From positions 58,406,001 through 58,470,000 of the forward strand of contig NC_086108.1 of the NCBI RefSeq assembly GCF_963921235.1: a stretch of 64,000 bases of DNA, in the 5' to 3' direction. The position numbers were made by a program, and so were the translations under genes. Under the pieces are notes generated by a model. That model worked only from the letters and a program-made list of their open reading frames with translations. It was not told the origin of the DNA and searched no databases. The stretch comes from Mobula hypostoma (taxonomy: Eukaryota). Shown piece after piece: positions 23,930-36,600 of this stretch; within the stretch, counting starts at the first letter, position 1, and each line of letters opens with the position of its first letter.

Positions 23930-24955
23930 AGATAGAACAGTAGAGTACAGGAACAGGCTCTTTGGGCCACAATGTTGTGCCAAATCATTTAAATTAATAA
24001 TCAAATAGCCAACTAATCTTTTCTGCCTACACAATGCCCATATCCCTCCATTTTCCTCACATTCATGTGCCAATCTAAATGACTCTTAAAAGTCTCTAAT
24101 GTTTCTGCCTCTACCACCACCCCAGACACCCACCACTGTGTAAAACAACTTGTCCTTCACATCTCCTTTAAAATTACCCCCTTCTCACCTTCAATGCATG
24201 CCCTCTAGTATTAGACATTTCAACCCGAGGAAAAATGTTGTCATGTCTGCTCTATACATGCCTCTCATAACCTTATAATCCTCTATCAGATCTCCCCAAA
24301 GCTTCCGCTGCTCCAGAGAAAACAACCCAAGTTTGTCTAACCTCTCATAATAGAACATGCTCTCTAATCTAGGCTGCATCCTGGTAAACCTCTTCCGGAC
24401 CCTCTCCAACCTCCTTCCCATTGTGGGATGACCAGAACTGTATGCAATACTCCAGATGCAGCCTAACTACAGATTTATAAAGCTGCAATATATCATTCTG
24501 ACTTTTGAACTCAATCCCTCGACTAATAAAGGCAAGTATGCTGTATGCCTTCTTAACCATCCTATTAACCTGTGTAGCTACTTTGATGAAGCTATAAACT
24601 TGGACCCCAAGATCCCTCTGCTCATCAGCACTGTTAGGGTCTTATCCTTAACAGTGCACTGCCTCTCTGCATTTGACCTACAAAAGGTGCAACACTTCAC
24701 ATTTAGCTGGGTTATACACCATGTCATTTCTCCACCCACATCTGCAACTGATCTATATCCTGTTGTATTCTTTGCCTATCTTCTGCATTATTCACATCAC
24801 CATTAATCTTTGTATTATCTGCAAACTTTACTAACCCACCCATTTCCATTCAGGTCACTTTGTACAATCACAAACAGCAGAGGTTCCAGTACAGGTCCAT
24901 ACAGAATATCACTAATGACAAACCTCCAGCTACAGTAAGTCCCTTTGACCATGCC
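23930..24955 (-). mobile_element. CR1 LINE 3' fragment, decayed
   Basis: VKKAYSILAFISRGIEFKS...LHLEYCIQFWS. Confidence 0.85.
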
Positions 24956-26016
24956 CATGTTGTTAAGAAACCTTGACAAGTTACTGTAGGGCATTATGGT
25001 CGGTCAGCAAATCCAGTCAGTGACCTTGCCTGACTCGAGTTCAGCTTTGAACATTGTTAAGTAATACCCATTCAGGCCACTGCCAAATAATTCCAGCACT
25101 TCTATCTGCTTAGTAGATGGAATCATGAAATAGGTCACAAACAAAGAACACCCAATCTTTGTTTTGTTTTGTAGCCAAGGCATTTAGGTGGCAGATTCAA
25201 TTAAGTTGCTGTTTAATAGCGACCCGCAGCACGTCAATTCCAGGAACTTTGGCAATACCAACATTACATAAAAGAATGTCAGGATGAGGTGGAGTTGGTA
25301 ATTAAATGATAATTATGTTCATCCACCCACACTTAAATGATGTTTGTGTTGCAAATAATATTCAGACAAGCTGCATGTGTGCACAAGCTATTATCTGAAG
25401 AAAATACAAATAGCCCTCAAAAATGTAAAAAGCACACATTTACTATTCCTAAAGAATTGTGGAGCTGTGAAATGCTGAATGTTGATAAGACAACTGAAGA
25501 TTGACAGGTCTAGGACACCCTTGATGTACTGTACCAATCCCCTGCAGTGCAACATCAAGATCTGCTAATCCTCTTTTCTCTGGAATGTAATCTTTTTGCT
25601 CTTACTTTGACCAGGACTACAAGGGTGTCAGAAACAGAATGGTTCTAAAAGAAACCTAATAAATTCCTGCACAGGTGACTGCTGAATAATTACCACTTGA
25701 TAACAATATTGGCATTATCTTCCAACATTTTGCCAATGAAATTAATATAGATGGCAATAGTTGACAAAATTGGAAGTGTCCTGATGTTAGAACACAGGAC
25801 ATCTCAAGGCAATTTTTACTTTGCTAATTAATGTCAAAGTTGCAGGTTACTGGATTTGCCAAGCTAGAAATGCACCTAGTCCTTGATCAAGTCTTCACTG
25901 TTACAGCCAGAATATCAGTGAAGGTCACAGCCTTTGCTACATCCAGAATGCTGTCTGTTTGCAATATCAGTTTCTAAAAATCTGACTCTGTTTGTGGGGA
26001 TAACCAGGCCAAAATA

Positions 26017-26558
26017 CACTCAGTGGCCACTTTATTAGGCACAGGAATGCAACCTGGTGTGGTCTTCTGCTACTGTAGCCCAGCCCATCCACCTCAAACT
26101 TCAACTTGATGTGTGTTCTGAGACTGTCCTCTGCACACCACTGTTGTAGCACATGGTTATTTGAGTTACTGTCACCTTTGGTCAGCTTTAAGCAGTTTGG
26201 CCATTCTCCTCTGGCCTCACTCATTAAAAGGTGTTTTTACCCACAGAACTGTAATTCACTGGATTTTTTTTTTTGTTTTTCACACTATTCTCCCAATCTC
26301 TATAGAGATTGTTGTTTGTAAAAATCTCAGGAGATCAGCAATTTCTGAGAGTCAAACCATTGTCTGGCACCAAAGATCATTCCATAGTCAAAGTTACTTG
26401 ATCACATTTCTTCTCCACTCAATGTTTGGTCTAAGTGACAACTAAGCCTCTGGACGATGTCTGCATGCTTTTATGCATTTAATTGGTGCCACATGATTGG
26501 CTGATTAGATTTTGCATTAACAAGCAGGTGTACAGTACCAAATAAAGTGGCCAGAGTG
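26017..26558. mobile_element. Tc1/mariner-type MITE
   Basis: TA-flanked TIRs CACTCAGTGGCCACTTTATT / AATAAAGTGGCCAGAGTG. Confidence 0.8.
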
Positions 26559-26699
26559 TAGATTATCTATTGTTAATCAATCATTTTCAGTCAGTCACAT
26601 ACTTAACTTACTGAAGAAAGGTACATTCTTTTGTCCAAGTTCTCACTCTCTAATTGCTCCCATTCACTCACTGACAAGATACCCCTATTAAAAACTTTC

Positions 26700-26835
26700 A
26701 GCCACTGGTGTAGGAACTCGCAGTCAGGTGGCATCCGTTGAGGGAAAGGAACAGTCGATCATCGATACGCTTCAGCAAGTATAGCCTGACCCGCTAAGTT
26801 CCTCCAGCAGTTTGATTTTCACTCCAGATTCCAAC
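26700..26835. mobile_element. Old palindromic pLTR relic
   Basis: GGAACTCGCAGTCAGG is roughly inverted against CCTGACCCGCTAAGTTCC, followed by an ATTCCAACATTTGCAG tail. Confidence 0.45.
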
Positions 26836-27569
26836 ATTTGCAGTTTCTTGTTCACTCTGCTTTTAATCCTAGCAGCAACGACCACCCTTCCTACATCTAA
26901 ACAAGCTTTATTTTTGCTCTTCCCTGTCCCAAAACAGCATTTTTGACCAGGAACTCTAACTTTGTTACGATTCTCATAGATGCAACCCATCCTGCTGAGT
27001 ATTTTCAGTATTTATGTTTTTATTTTATATTTTATTAACCCAATTCGTTAAAGTCTGTTGAGAGTCTTCTTTACTGAAGTTCCTGATCTCCTATCATCAG
27101 GACTGCACTATTTTGAGTCTAACCACATTGTCCAGGGTGAAAGCCCATAGAAAATCTGGTCAAGAACAATGAATGGTTCGTGTTGTTCATTCATCACAGA
27201 CCACAATAATCCAAGCCTTTGTTTGTGCAACTATGCAAATCAGGACAATAAACTTGTTGTGTCAAGGTCCTAGAGAAAATGTTGAAGTAATTTACTGATA
27301 TTGGACTTCAGATGAAAGAGACTAAAGTGAGGCAAAAGATGATTATGGAAGAAGTTACTCCAGTGTTCAAAGTCAAGTAGGGGATTGACACAGTTAATAA
27401 GGAAAAACCAAAGTGCAAAGATTTGTAACCAGCACCTGGTGGTTACTTTTTAAGAAAAATGGTACAAAAATCAACAAAACATCAACCAGAGGTTGACATA
27501 ATTTACAAATTTGCACAAATTAATCATAACCAGTGGAAGGCTTCTGAAACAAGCCCAACTGACAAGTAT

Positions 27570-28530
27570 CATAAGAATATAAATAGGTGCAAGAGTACCC
27601 CATCTGGTTCATCGAGCTTGCCCTATCATTCAATAAGGTCAGGGATGATTTGGCCATTGATTCAGCTGCATCTACTCGCCCTTTCCCCATAATCCTTAAT
27701 TCCCCTACTACGCAAAAATTTGTCTTACTAAATCTTAAATATATTTAATGAAGTAGTCTCTATTGCTTCCCTGGACAGAGAATTCCACAGATTCACTGCT
27801 CCCTGGAAAAATCAGTTCCTCTTCATCTCTGTCCTAAATGTTTTCCCCTCAAATTTTGAGGCTATGTCCCTTAGTTTAGTCTCAACTACCAGTAGAAACA
27901 ACTTTCCCACCTTTACCTTATTTATCCCTTTCATACTTGTACATGTTTCTATAGGATCCCCACTCATATTTCTGAATTCCAGTAAATATATTACCACAAT
28001 CTCCCTTTACAGGCTAACACCTCATCTCTGGAATCAATCTGATGAACTTCTTCTGTACCATCTCCTAGCCAATATGTCTTCCCCCACCTCCAAGTAAGGA
28101 GCAAGGAGACGGGAACTGAATGCAGTACTCCAGGTGTGGCCTTATCAATACTCTGTACAACTCTGTTGCAGCATAACTTCCTACCCTTAAATTCAATCCA
28201 TCTATCAATGAAGACCAGCATTCCATTTCCCTTCTGTTGCACCTGCAAAGCAACCTATGGTAATTCATGCATAAGCACTTTCAAGTCCCCCTGCACAACA
28301 CGATGCAATCTTTCACAATTTAAATAATAATCTTATTGTTTCCTGTCTAATTAACCTGATCTATTTTCCCCTTCCAAAGTGGGTGACCTCATATTTACCA
28401 ACACTGTCAACACTTACCAGCTGCCAGACCCTCGTCTGTTCACAACCTATCTATGTCTCTGAAGACTCTCCATATCCTCTACACAATTTGCTCTTCCACT
28501 CAGTTTGTGTCATTAGCAAATTTAAAAACA
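27570..28530 (-). mobile_element. CR1 LINE 3' fragment, decayed
   Basis: LYRVLIRPHLEYCIQF and LEFRNMSGDPIET. Confidence 0.85.
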
Positions 28531-28934
28531 CTTGCCCTTTTCCAATCATTATGAAAATGTTTATAGTCGCCATGTAACTGCTAGTTGATTGAAGCGCCAA
28601 AATCCTGAATGCCTGTCATACTCTCCCTCAATTCTGAAAACTTTTTGTTAAGAGCTGTAGTTTTCAAAATATGGATACACAAGGCCTACTACTAAACAGA
28701 TTGTTCTTTTCCTTCTGAGAATATTCCCTTTTTATTAGCTGCTATTTTTGTCGTTTCTTTTAAACAGAGAAGTCCATAATCATTTAAGACTCTAGAAAGA
28801 TGTAAACATATCACTTTCAGAATTACCACTCAATTTAATTATAAAACACGCGAGCATATACATCCAACTGTAATTTGTGAACACTACCTCGAAGTTCTCC
28901 CAGAAGAGTTCAGTAGCACTATGACAAAACTCAC

Positions 28935-29223
28935 CGTGGAGATCTTTTTGAGTTATGTTGTGAGTCCTTATCGATGACGACAATTTACGGATATCGCCTT
29001 TAAAGACGCATTCGTGGACTGGAAAATCCTCGCCCCTGGCCGCTGCCGCCTCCGTGGTGGAAGCCGGGCTCTTGATCAGTTTGTGGTTCGCAAAGAGTTT
29101 AGCCCGATTTTTAGTCCTAGTCGCTTCGTCGTCTTGCTCAGCCTCAGTCTCCTCTTTGAAAAGCCTGTGATCCCTACGCACCGAGCGACCGTTGGAAATC
29201 CTTTCCGCCTTCTCTCCTGTCAT
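28935..29223 (-). CDS. ANKRD13C: ANKRD13C coding exon 1 (ankyrin repeat domain 13C)
   Basis: ATG at 29223 gives MTGEKAERISNGRSVRRDHRLFKEE...FPVHECVFKGDIRKLSSSIRTHNITQKDLH-G, matching the recalled vertebrate ANKRD13C N-terminus (MTGEK...PVHECVFKGD). Ends at donor G|GTGAGT; 289 nt, phase 1; lies in a CpG-rich region. Confidence 0.95.
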
Positions 29224-29730
29224 GACGACGAGGGAGATAGTAAAGGGCACGGTGGCAGTACTGCTGCCGTGAACCTCGCACACACTCGGAGGTTGACGAT
29301 AGCACTTTCAGTTGCTGTTGTTGCACCGCGATAGCCACACAACGACATGTAGAGCAACCAAACGCGGGGCTCGCAGGCTGCGGTAACATAGGAATAAAAC
29401 AGCGGCCTGAAGGGTGGGGAGAGGGCGGCACCAAAGACAGCCCCAGGGAAGGCAGCAAGGCTGAGCAATGTTTAGGGGAGGGGCGGGGAGATTTACAAAG
29501 CAACGGCAACCGATTGATAACAAATAATCACGGGCACATATAAAGCTGAAGGGTCGCTGATCGGCAGCGCCACCATCCCAGTTCAGAAACTCTCGACTCT
29601 GCTAGACGCCATTTTTCTCCCTCATTCCCTCTCTCTAATATCGCGATGCTCTGAGCAGTCTCCGCTTTTGTCGCGATCTTTCATAACTCCTGATTGTCGC
29701 GTTGCGCTGTCACCACGGCAACATGTTTTT
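28940..29730 (-). promoter_or_regulatory. CpG-rich promoter / 5' leader of ANKRD13C
   Basis: Clear local CpG enrichment against a CpG-poor background. GC box GGGGCGGGG near 29480, YY1-like CGCCATTTT at 29607-29615, RFX X-box-like GTCACCACGGCAAC at 29709-29722, and two TCGCGA cores near 29641 and 29671. The TSS cannot be fixed from sequence. Confidence 0.7.
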
Positions 29731-30029
29731 ACTGACTTACTGGACCCATTATTGCATTAAAAATACTTCGAGGCAAAACATATTAACCAGAATATATTAG
29801 TTAAAATGGCATCTTCAAGGCCTGGGAACAACACATTCCGATATGGGCGTTCAACTAAAATAAGTTCGTGACCTCTTGTGAAGGAATTTGCCATTTGCTG
29901 CTCACTTGCACCGAAATGTTCGTTTCCTTGTCGGTCGATGTTTCTGGTGCCTGATCTTAAAGGTGAATCTATAAACATGGTCGAGCTGTAGCTGTGTTTA
30001 TTTTTAATTGCGTGTTGTAAATATAAAAG

Positions 30030-30465
30030 CATACAAAACACAATACAGGCCCCTCGGCCCACAATGCTGTGCCGAACACGTACTTACTTTAGAAATTACC
30101 TAGGGTTACCCATAGCCCTCTATTTTTTCTAAACTCCATGTACCTATCCAAGAGTCTCTTAAAAGACCCCACTGTATCCGCCTCCACCACCGTCGCCGGC
30201 AGCCCATTCCACACACTCCCCACTCTGCGTAAAAAACTTAGCTCATGACGTCTCATCTGTACCTACTTCCGAGCACCTTAAACCCGTGCCCCCTTGTTTT
30301 CGCCATTTCAGCCCTGGGAAAAAGCCTCTGACTATCCACACAATCAATACCTCTCATCATCTTATAGACCTCTATCATGTCACCTCTCATCTTCCGTCGC
30401 TCCAAGGAGAAAAGGCCAAGTTCACACAACCTATTCTCATAAGGCATGCTCCCCAATTCAGGCAA
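30030..30465 (-). mobile_element. CR1 LINE 3' end
   Basis: LFSLERRKMRGDMIEVYKMMRGID; same subfamily as 14443-17230. Confidence 0.88.
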
Positions 30466-31149
30466 TATAAGGGTAGAACGACGCCCAGATCTTTATAAAA
30501 TGTAGAAAACCTCCTAGATAGCAGCATTTTGTATAATCATTAATACCACACTAAATCTACACGTTGTTTCGAAGATCATTACCCCGGTATCCCTGTGTAA
30601 ATAACCTCATAAAATCAAGTATTTACATAATTAAAATTATGCATTCAGTTAACTATTTGCATCAATTTAAGTTATAACTTCAACCAATTATAAATTTGCC
30701 AAATCGCTTTGTCTCGTCAGTTACTGAATCATTCATTGCAAGTTGCACTTAACATCTTTCAAGTTTCCATTCTAGTTATTTTTAACTCCAATGGATTACT
30801 ACTACAGATAGGCTTGAGCTACATCTTGTCTTACCATACTATTTTGTGATTGTTGCATCAGCAAATGGTCTTCAGAACATGGTATTTGGTGTACTAGAAC
30901 ACTACCATCTTGGTGTCATCTCTATAAATAAATAATACTTGTAAAGAAATTTAACATAAAGACTCAGTTTATCAATAACTACAATAATTATAATTGTATA
31001 TTTTATTGGTACCTTACAGGATACCATTAGCACAGTCCTAGCAGTCACTAATTTGTTTGCTTCCTATCATTCTCCAGCCTGTGTTTTCTCTTGCCTTGCA
31101 TCCTGACTCACTATAAAGATCAGACTTCTCCTTTCTTGCACTTTTTGAA

Positions 31150-32250
31150 ATGAGCAGGTCCTCTCCTTTGACCTTTCCTTTCTGGATTCCAGATTCCAGC
31201 CAATCTTTATGTGAACAAAATTCTCCCATCATATCTCCTCTAAACATCTCACTTTATACCCATGTCCACTTCTCACCAATTGAAAAAAAAATTCTTATTT
31301 TTACCTTATCTATTTGCACACCTCTGTTATATCATCCCTCAGCCTCCTCCACTCCATAGAAAACAAACCCAGACTATCCATTCTTTCCTTATGAAGCACC
31401 CCAATCCAGGCAAATTCTTGCTGCATCTCCTTTGCACCAACTCCAGTGAATCACATCCTTCCAGAACTGCACATAAAATCATGGAGTTGGACAATCCAGC
31501 ATTTTATGGTCCTGAGATGACATCCTTGCTCTTATATTATTTTCCATGGCAAACATCTCACATGCTTTCTTCAGCTCCCTTTTTGCCTATGCTTCCTTTT
31601 TCAGGGTTCAATGGGCTTGTGCCCTAAGGAGGCACTATTCAATAGCATTCCCTAGGGTCCTGTCATCTACTGTGTATGCCCAATCCCTATTTGTCCTTTT
31701 GAAATGCAACATGTGCATTTGCCAGGATTAAATTTTACCTGCTAATGCTCCATCAAGCTTTTTATTTCATTAGGCATTTTCGCCTGAAATCCTCATTATT
31801 GACAACAGGATAAATTTTTGTAACATTACAAACTTTTTAATCATACCTACTACATTCACATCCAAGTCATTCCAGCAATATACTTAGATATCTCTTGATA
31901 AAATTACTGAGATGGGATTGCTCAAAAAGTCATGCTGACCCCATAATCAATCCCTGCCTTTCCAAGTATAAATAAATCCTGCCCTTTAATATTTTTCCAA
32001 TAATTTTCTGATGTAAGACTCACTAGGTTGTCATTATCTAGCTTATACTTGCTGCCCTTCTTGAATAAAGCAACTACATTTGCTCTCCACTGGTCATCAG
32101 GTGCATCACCTGTGGCTAACAAAGATGCAAAAATCTCTTTTGGGGACCGGCAATCTCATCCCTTGCGTCCTGCTGTAGCCTGGGATACACTCCATGAGGC
32201 CCTGGAGATTTATCCTTTATTTCCTCCAAGACATCTAACACATTCCCTTT
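31150..32250 (-). mobile_element. Old CR1 fragments
   Basis: WRANVVALFKKGSK..NLVSLTS plus degenerate RT sequence. Confidence 0.6.
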
Positions 32251-32269
32251 CTTATTGCTCAGGTCACCT

Positions 32270-33280
32270 CAGTACTAATCAAAAGGCTTCAGGGCCTCAG
32301 TATCTCCTTTGCAACTAGATCCTTGATCCTTTTCAGAGACCACCGTCAGTGTGGTTCGATGAAAACATCTCCACCTCACTGACGATCAATACAGGTGCAT
32401 GTCAAGGCTGTGTGCTTAGGCTACTGCTTTACTCTCTCTACACTCATGACTGGCTAGACACAGATCAAATACCATTTTTAAATTTGCCAATGACATTGCC
32501 GTTGTTGGTTGAATCTCAGATAGTGATGAGGAGGTGTACTGATGTCAAGTAGATCAACTGGTTCAGTGGTGTTGCAAAAACAACCTCGCACTCAATGTCA
32601 GCAAGACCAAAGAACTGATTGTGGACTTCAGGAAGGGGAAGTTGGGAGAGTGCACACCAGTCCTCATTGAGGGATCAACAATGAAAAGGGTGAGCAGCTT
32701 CAAGTTCCTGGGGCATCAACATCTCATGGGATCTATATTGGGCCAAACATATTGATGTAATCATGAAGAAAGCACGCCAGTAGCAATACTTCATTAGAAA
32801 TTTGGGGAGACTTGGTATGAAACCAAACACTTGCAAATTTCTACAGACGTATGGTGGAAAGTATTCTGGCTGGTTGCATCATGCTTGATCTGGAGTTTCA
32901 AGAACACAGGATAGCAAGAAACTGCAGAGGATTGTAAACCCGGACTGCTCCATCATGGACAACATCGAAGACATCTTCAAATGGCGTTGCCTCAAGAAAG
33001 TGGCATCTGTCATTGAGGCCCTTCCAGGACATGCCTTCTTCTCATTGACATTGGGGAGAAGATAATCAGAGCCTGAAGAATCACCCTCAAAGTTTTAAGA
33101 AAATCTTCTTCCCTTCCGCCATCTGATTTCTGAATGGTCCATGAGCCCATGACCATTCTTGTTAGTTCAATAGTACCTGGCTATTTTTCTTTTAAACTAT
33201 TATTTATTTTTGTATCTTATATTTCTTACAGTACTGCTGCCACAAAACAAATTTCACAACATATGTCAGTGATAATAAAC
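32270..33280 (+). mobile_element. Rex1/Babar LINE 3' part
   Basis: INTGACQGCVLRLLLYSLYTHD and KTKELIVDFRK; GTGATAATAAAC tail. Confidence 0.8.
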
Positions 33281-33489
33281 TCTCCATATACCATTGTCTT
33301 TTTCAGTCTTGTATATACTGGACTCTTCTGTTGAACTCCTGCAATCATGTCCTCAACTTCAATCATCTTATTCTATAAAACCTAATGCAGCACCTTGTGC
33401 TGAGACTTTTGTGTTTTACCTTTCCTTTAGGTCCTTTCAAGTTGCTGTCCTAAAACTTAACATGATTTCACTTTCGTGTTAGTTTCACA

Positions 33490-33612
33490 TCAATCCCGAT
33501 GAAAGATCTTGGCCCAAAACATTGACTGTTCATTAGATGCTATCTGACATGCTGAATGCCTCCAGAATTTTGTGTTTTGTTGCTCAAGTTTTCCAACATC
33601 CGCACAATCTCT
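33490..33612 (+). mobile_element. Degenerate pLTR/hammerhead relic
   Basis: AATC CCGATGA AAGATCTTGGCCC AAAA CATT GACT followed by a GATGCT..CCTCCAG..TTCCAACATC tail homologous to 6498-6630. Confidence 0.55.
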
Positions 33613-36600
33613 AGCAAACTTACTTTCTCATGCTATTCAAACAGATTGCAGAATCATCCTATTCACTTCCCATCACTGATCTTTGTGAGTAAGCTCTTTG
33701 TGAATAAGCTCATTGCCAAATCCTATCAATTTTACCTTTTTACACAAGTTACTCATAACGAGCTGGCTTCCATCAGTCCCAGGTTCAGAATGTCTTTTCC
33801 ACTGGGGTATCTCAATCTGGACTACTTCTCTGAACAGCTCAGTGCTTTGCAGGTCCGTTTTGAAATCTCATGGTAATTTTTGTAGGTCTTTCTTTAATAA
33901 ATATACTCTTGCCTTGTATTTTGTTGAGGTTTCCAGAACTTTCTCCTCCTCCTTCCCTTCCTCCCATGGTCCACTCTCCTCTCCTATCATATTTTGTTTT
34001 CTTTAGCCCTTTACCCTTTCCTCCTATCACCTTCCAGCATTCCTTCCATCCCTTCTCCAGTGAACCCCTTTCCTCTTTCCTCTGCTCTCCACATCAGTCC
34101 TCCCCATTCATCCTCCACCTGTTCCCTCACCCACTACCACTCCAATGACTTCCTATTAGTGCTGCCCTGGGAAAGTTTGATCTCTATCAATTTCTGTGAT
34201 GCTTTCAGCTGGGAGCTAAAATGTCCATGTAGCATATCTGGTCATCAGTCATCAAGAATCCCCTTCCCACTTGATTTTATATATACAGAACCTTGGACAC
34301 AAGAACTAACAAGAAGTTCTAAAATAAGCTAATCGCATCTGGACTGAGAGTGACACTGATGCTACAAGAATACTACATACAGAGCCCAACTGTCAGCTGA
34401 TCACAACCAGGGTGTCAAGGAAAAAATGACTAATAAAGGTGTATTATGCTGAGAAAACCACAACATAGATTGTGAAATAAAGTAATAGGCTATACTGAGT
34501 ATGTGAAGGTGTTGATAAACTCAGAAAACTTCCCCTCAAAACAATTTTGCAAGAATTAATCACGGTCATGGGAAGCAACGAAGAGGAAAATAGTAGATTA
34601 GCATATCCAGACTAGTTGCGCCAACAATCATACCGATTGGGCAAGATGCTAGTACGTAAAGCTTACTGAAAGTATTCAAAATAGTGCTGTAATTTGTATA
34701 TAGTAGTATTAAGTAAAGGGTTCAAATCTAAAAGCAACAGATGAAGCAAAGAAGATTTACTTCAGAAATCTCTAGCCTGCATCCACAGGTTCATAAACTT
34801 AGTCCTGGGTGACTAATAATGCCAGTGTCAGAAAAGATGCAAACCTTTGGAATGGCTTGATTGGCAATGAAGGATTAAAGAAAGCTAACTTCAATAGTGT
34901 CCTCTTCTTGATGAAATTCTTGGAACATAATCTTGCCATAACTAATGAATCGTTGTGTCATTCTTGTAAAAATGTGAGGGACACTTACTAGATTATGTCA
35001 TCTTCAGAGCAATTGATACAAGTATTTCCACAGCCTGTAGCATGATAGCTAGTACTTATTGTCATGCTGATCATTGCTTAATTTAATGTTACTTCTACCA
35101 GGCCTAATCCCAAAACAACATTGGCAACATAAATACCGCAATAAGAAAATACATGTTCTCAAGATCCTTGTGAAGAAATCCGCTCATAGTGCCTGAAGTG
35201 CACATATTTAGGATTCACAGAGGGATTCCTGGTTTCTCTTCCAGCAAACACAAGATGAGGTTTGATGAGAAAGGTTATTAACTGTGGAATGAATAGATTT
35301 ATAAGCACTCTTGAAATCTCTTACTGCATGAGGTGAAGATGTTTCTTTTGGAATTTCACTATATCATGTTCTTCATATATTTCTCTTCTGTGTCTGCACC
35401 TAAGTTCTCATGATATTGTTACTCTTGAAAGCATTTCCACTTGTTCTATATACAGGATAAATGGTTGAATATGCTGATTCCTTTTTTGAGCTCTTTAACA
35501 TATTTAATATATCCACTACCAGCTACCATTACTGTTCTGGCTGGAGAATCCTGCTTTCCATTTTCTTCCCACTAGATATTATCAAGGAGTGACATCCTAA
35601 ACTTTATACTGTTGTATGTTTGTGTTGTGTTCATTATTGAGGGAGAGTGCAGAGCACACTAGGATGCCAGCATGCAGGACACTGAACTGAACTATATCGA
35701 TAACCTTGTTTGACCAGTATATGAACTGCTCCCATGTGGGAGAGGCTAACTGAGTGCCATAGGAATAACACTATTAACTACCACTACATTTCCCGTTCAT
35801 TTCCCAAAAAAAAAGTATGTATGCACATCTTGTCCTTAGAACTGCATTGAAATTATAGTCACTGAAATAAAGCAATTCTATGAACTTTATTCATGGTATT
35901 GAACTTCTGCTTCTTTCACAAACGTTAAAAATAATTGCCAACATTATAACTGTCTTTCTTTCTGGTTTTAATGATCTCTCACCCTCCTTCTTTTCCTCTT
36001 TTTTCACCAATTCCTTTTTTTTTAAAGAACAGCCTCATTTTGTGAAACGTTTTCAACATTAGAACTCTTTTTAAAAAATACTTAATCTAATGGAGGTCAG
36101 GGTAGACTACCTGAACACTCCAGCAAAGAGAGTGGATTATTCTGCCTCTTTAGTCACTTGCCCTAAACTATTAGTCTATGGAGTTGAGTATACTTCTGAG
36201 GTCGGATAGATAAACAACTGATCTAGTATAGGTTCCTGGAAGTGTTGGAGCAGGTGGAGATTCTTGAACAGGTGCATCCACCTCAGGTAAATAGACCTCG
36301 TCATAAGGATCAGGCCACTCTATTTCTTTCTCTACCTCTTATGGATTTTGAAGGCGCATGAGCGCACGTCTTTTCCGCCTGATTACATTTTGTGATGTTT
36401 TGATCACAAACAATCATGGCACTGTGATATCTCAATTTTTTAAATTTTGTCTAAGTCCATAAGTGAAGTTGGAGAAGGGAAGGAAGAACAGGTAGGCTTG
36501 TTCTCAGTCTCCGGCCCTTTGACAGCCCTGATGGACAGTAGCCATTCACAAGAGGTGTGAAGCAATAAGCCAACAGTTCTTTGTAGGGGTCTTTTGCCTT

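Noticed and set aside
28792..29283. 163-aa single-exon ORF from the track
   Set aside because: It begins at a non-ATG codon and reads through the donor at 28934; the real exon CDS is 28935-29223.
29014..29334. 106-aa antisense ORF over exon 1
   Set aside because: Non-ATG start, no homology recognised, and expected by chance opposite GC-rich coding sequence.
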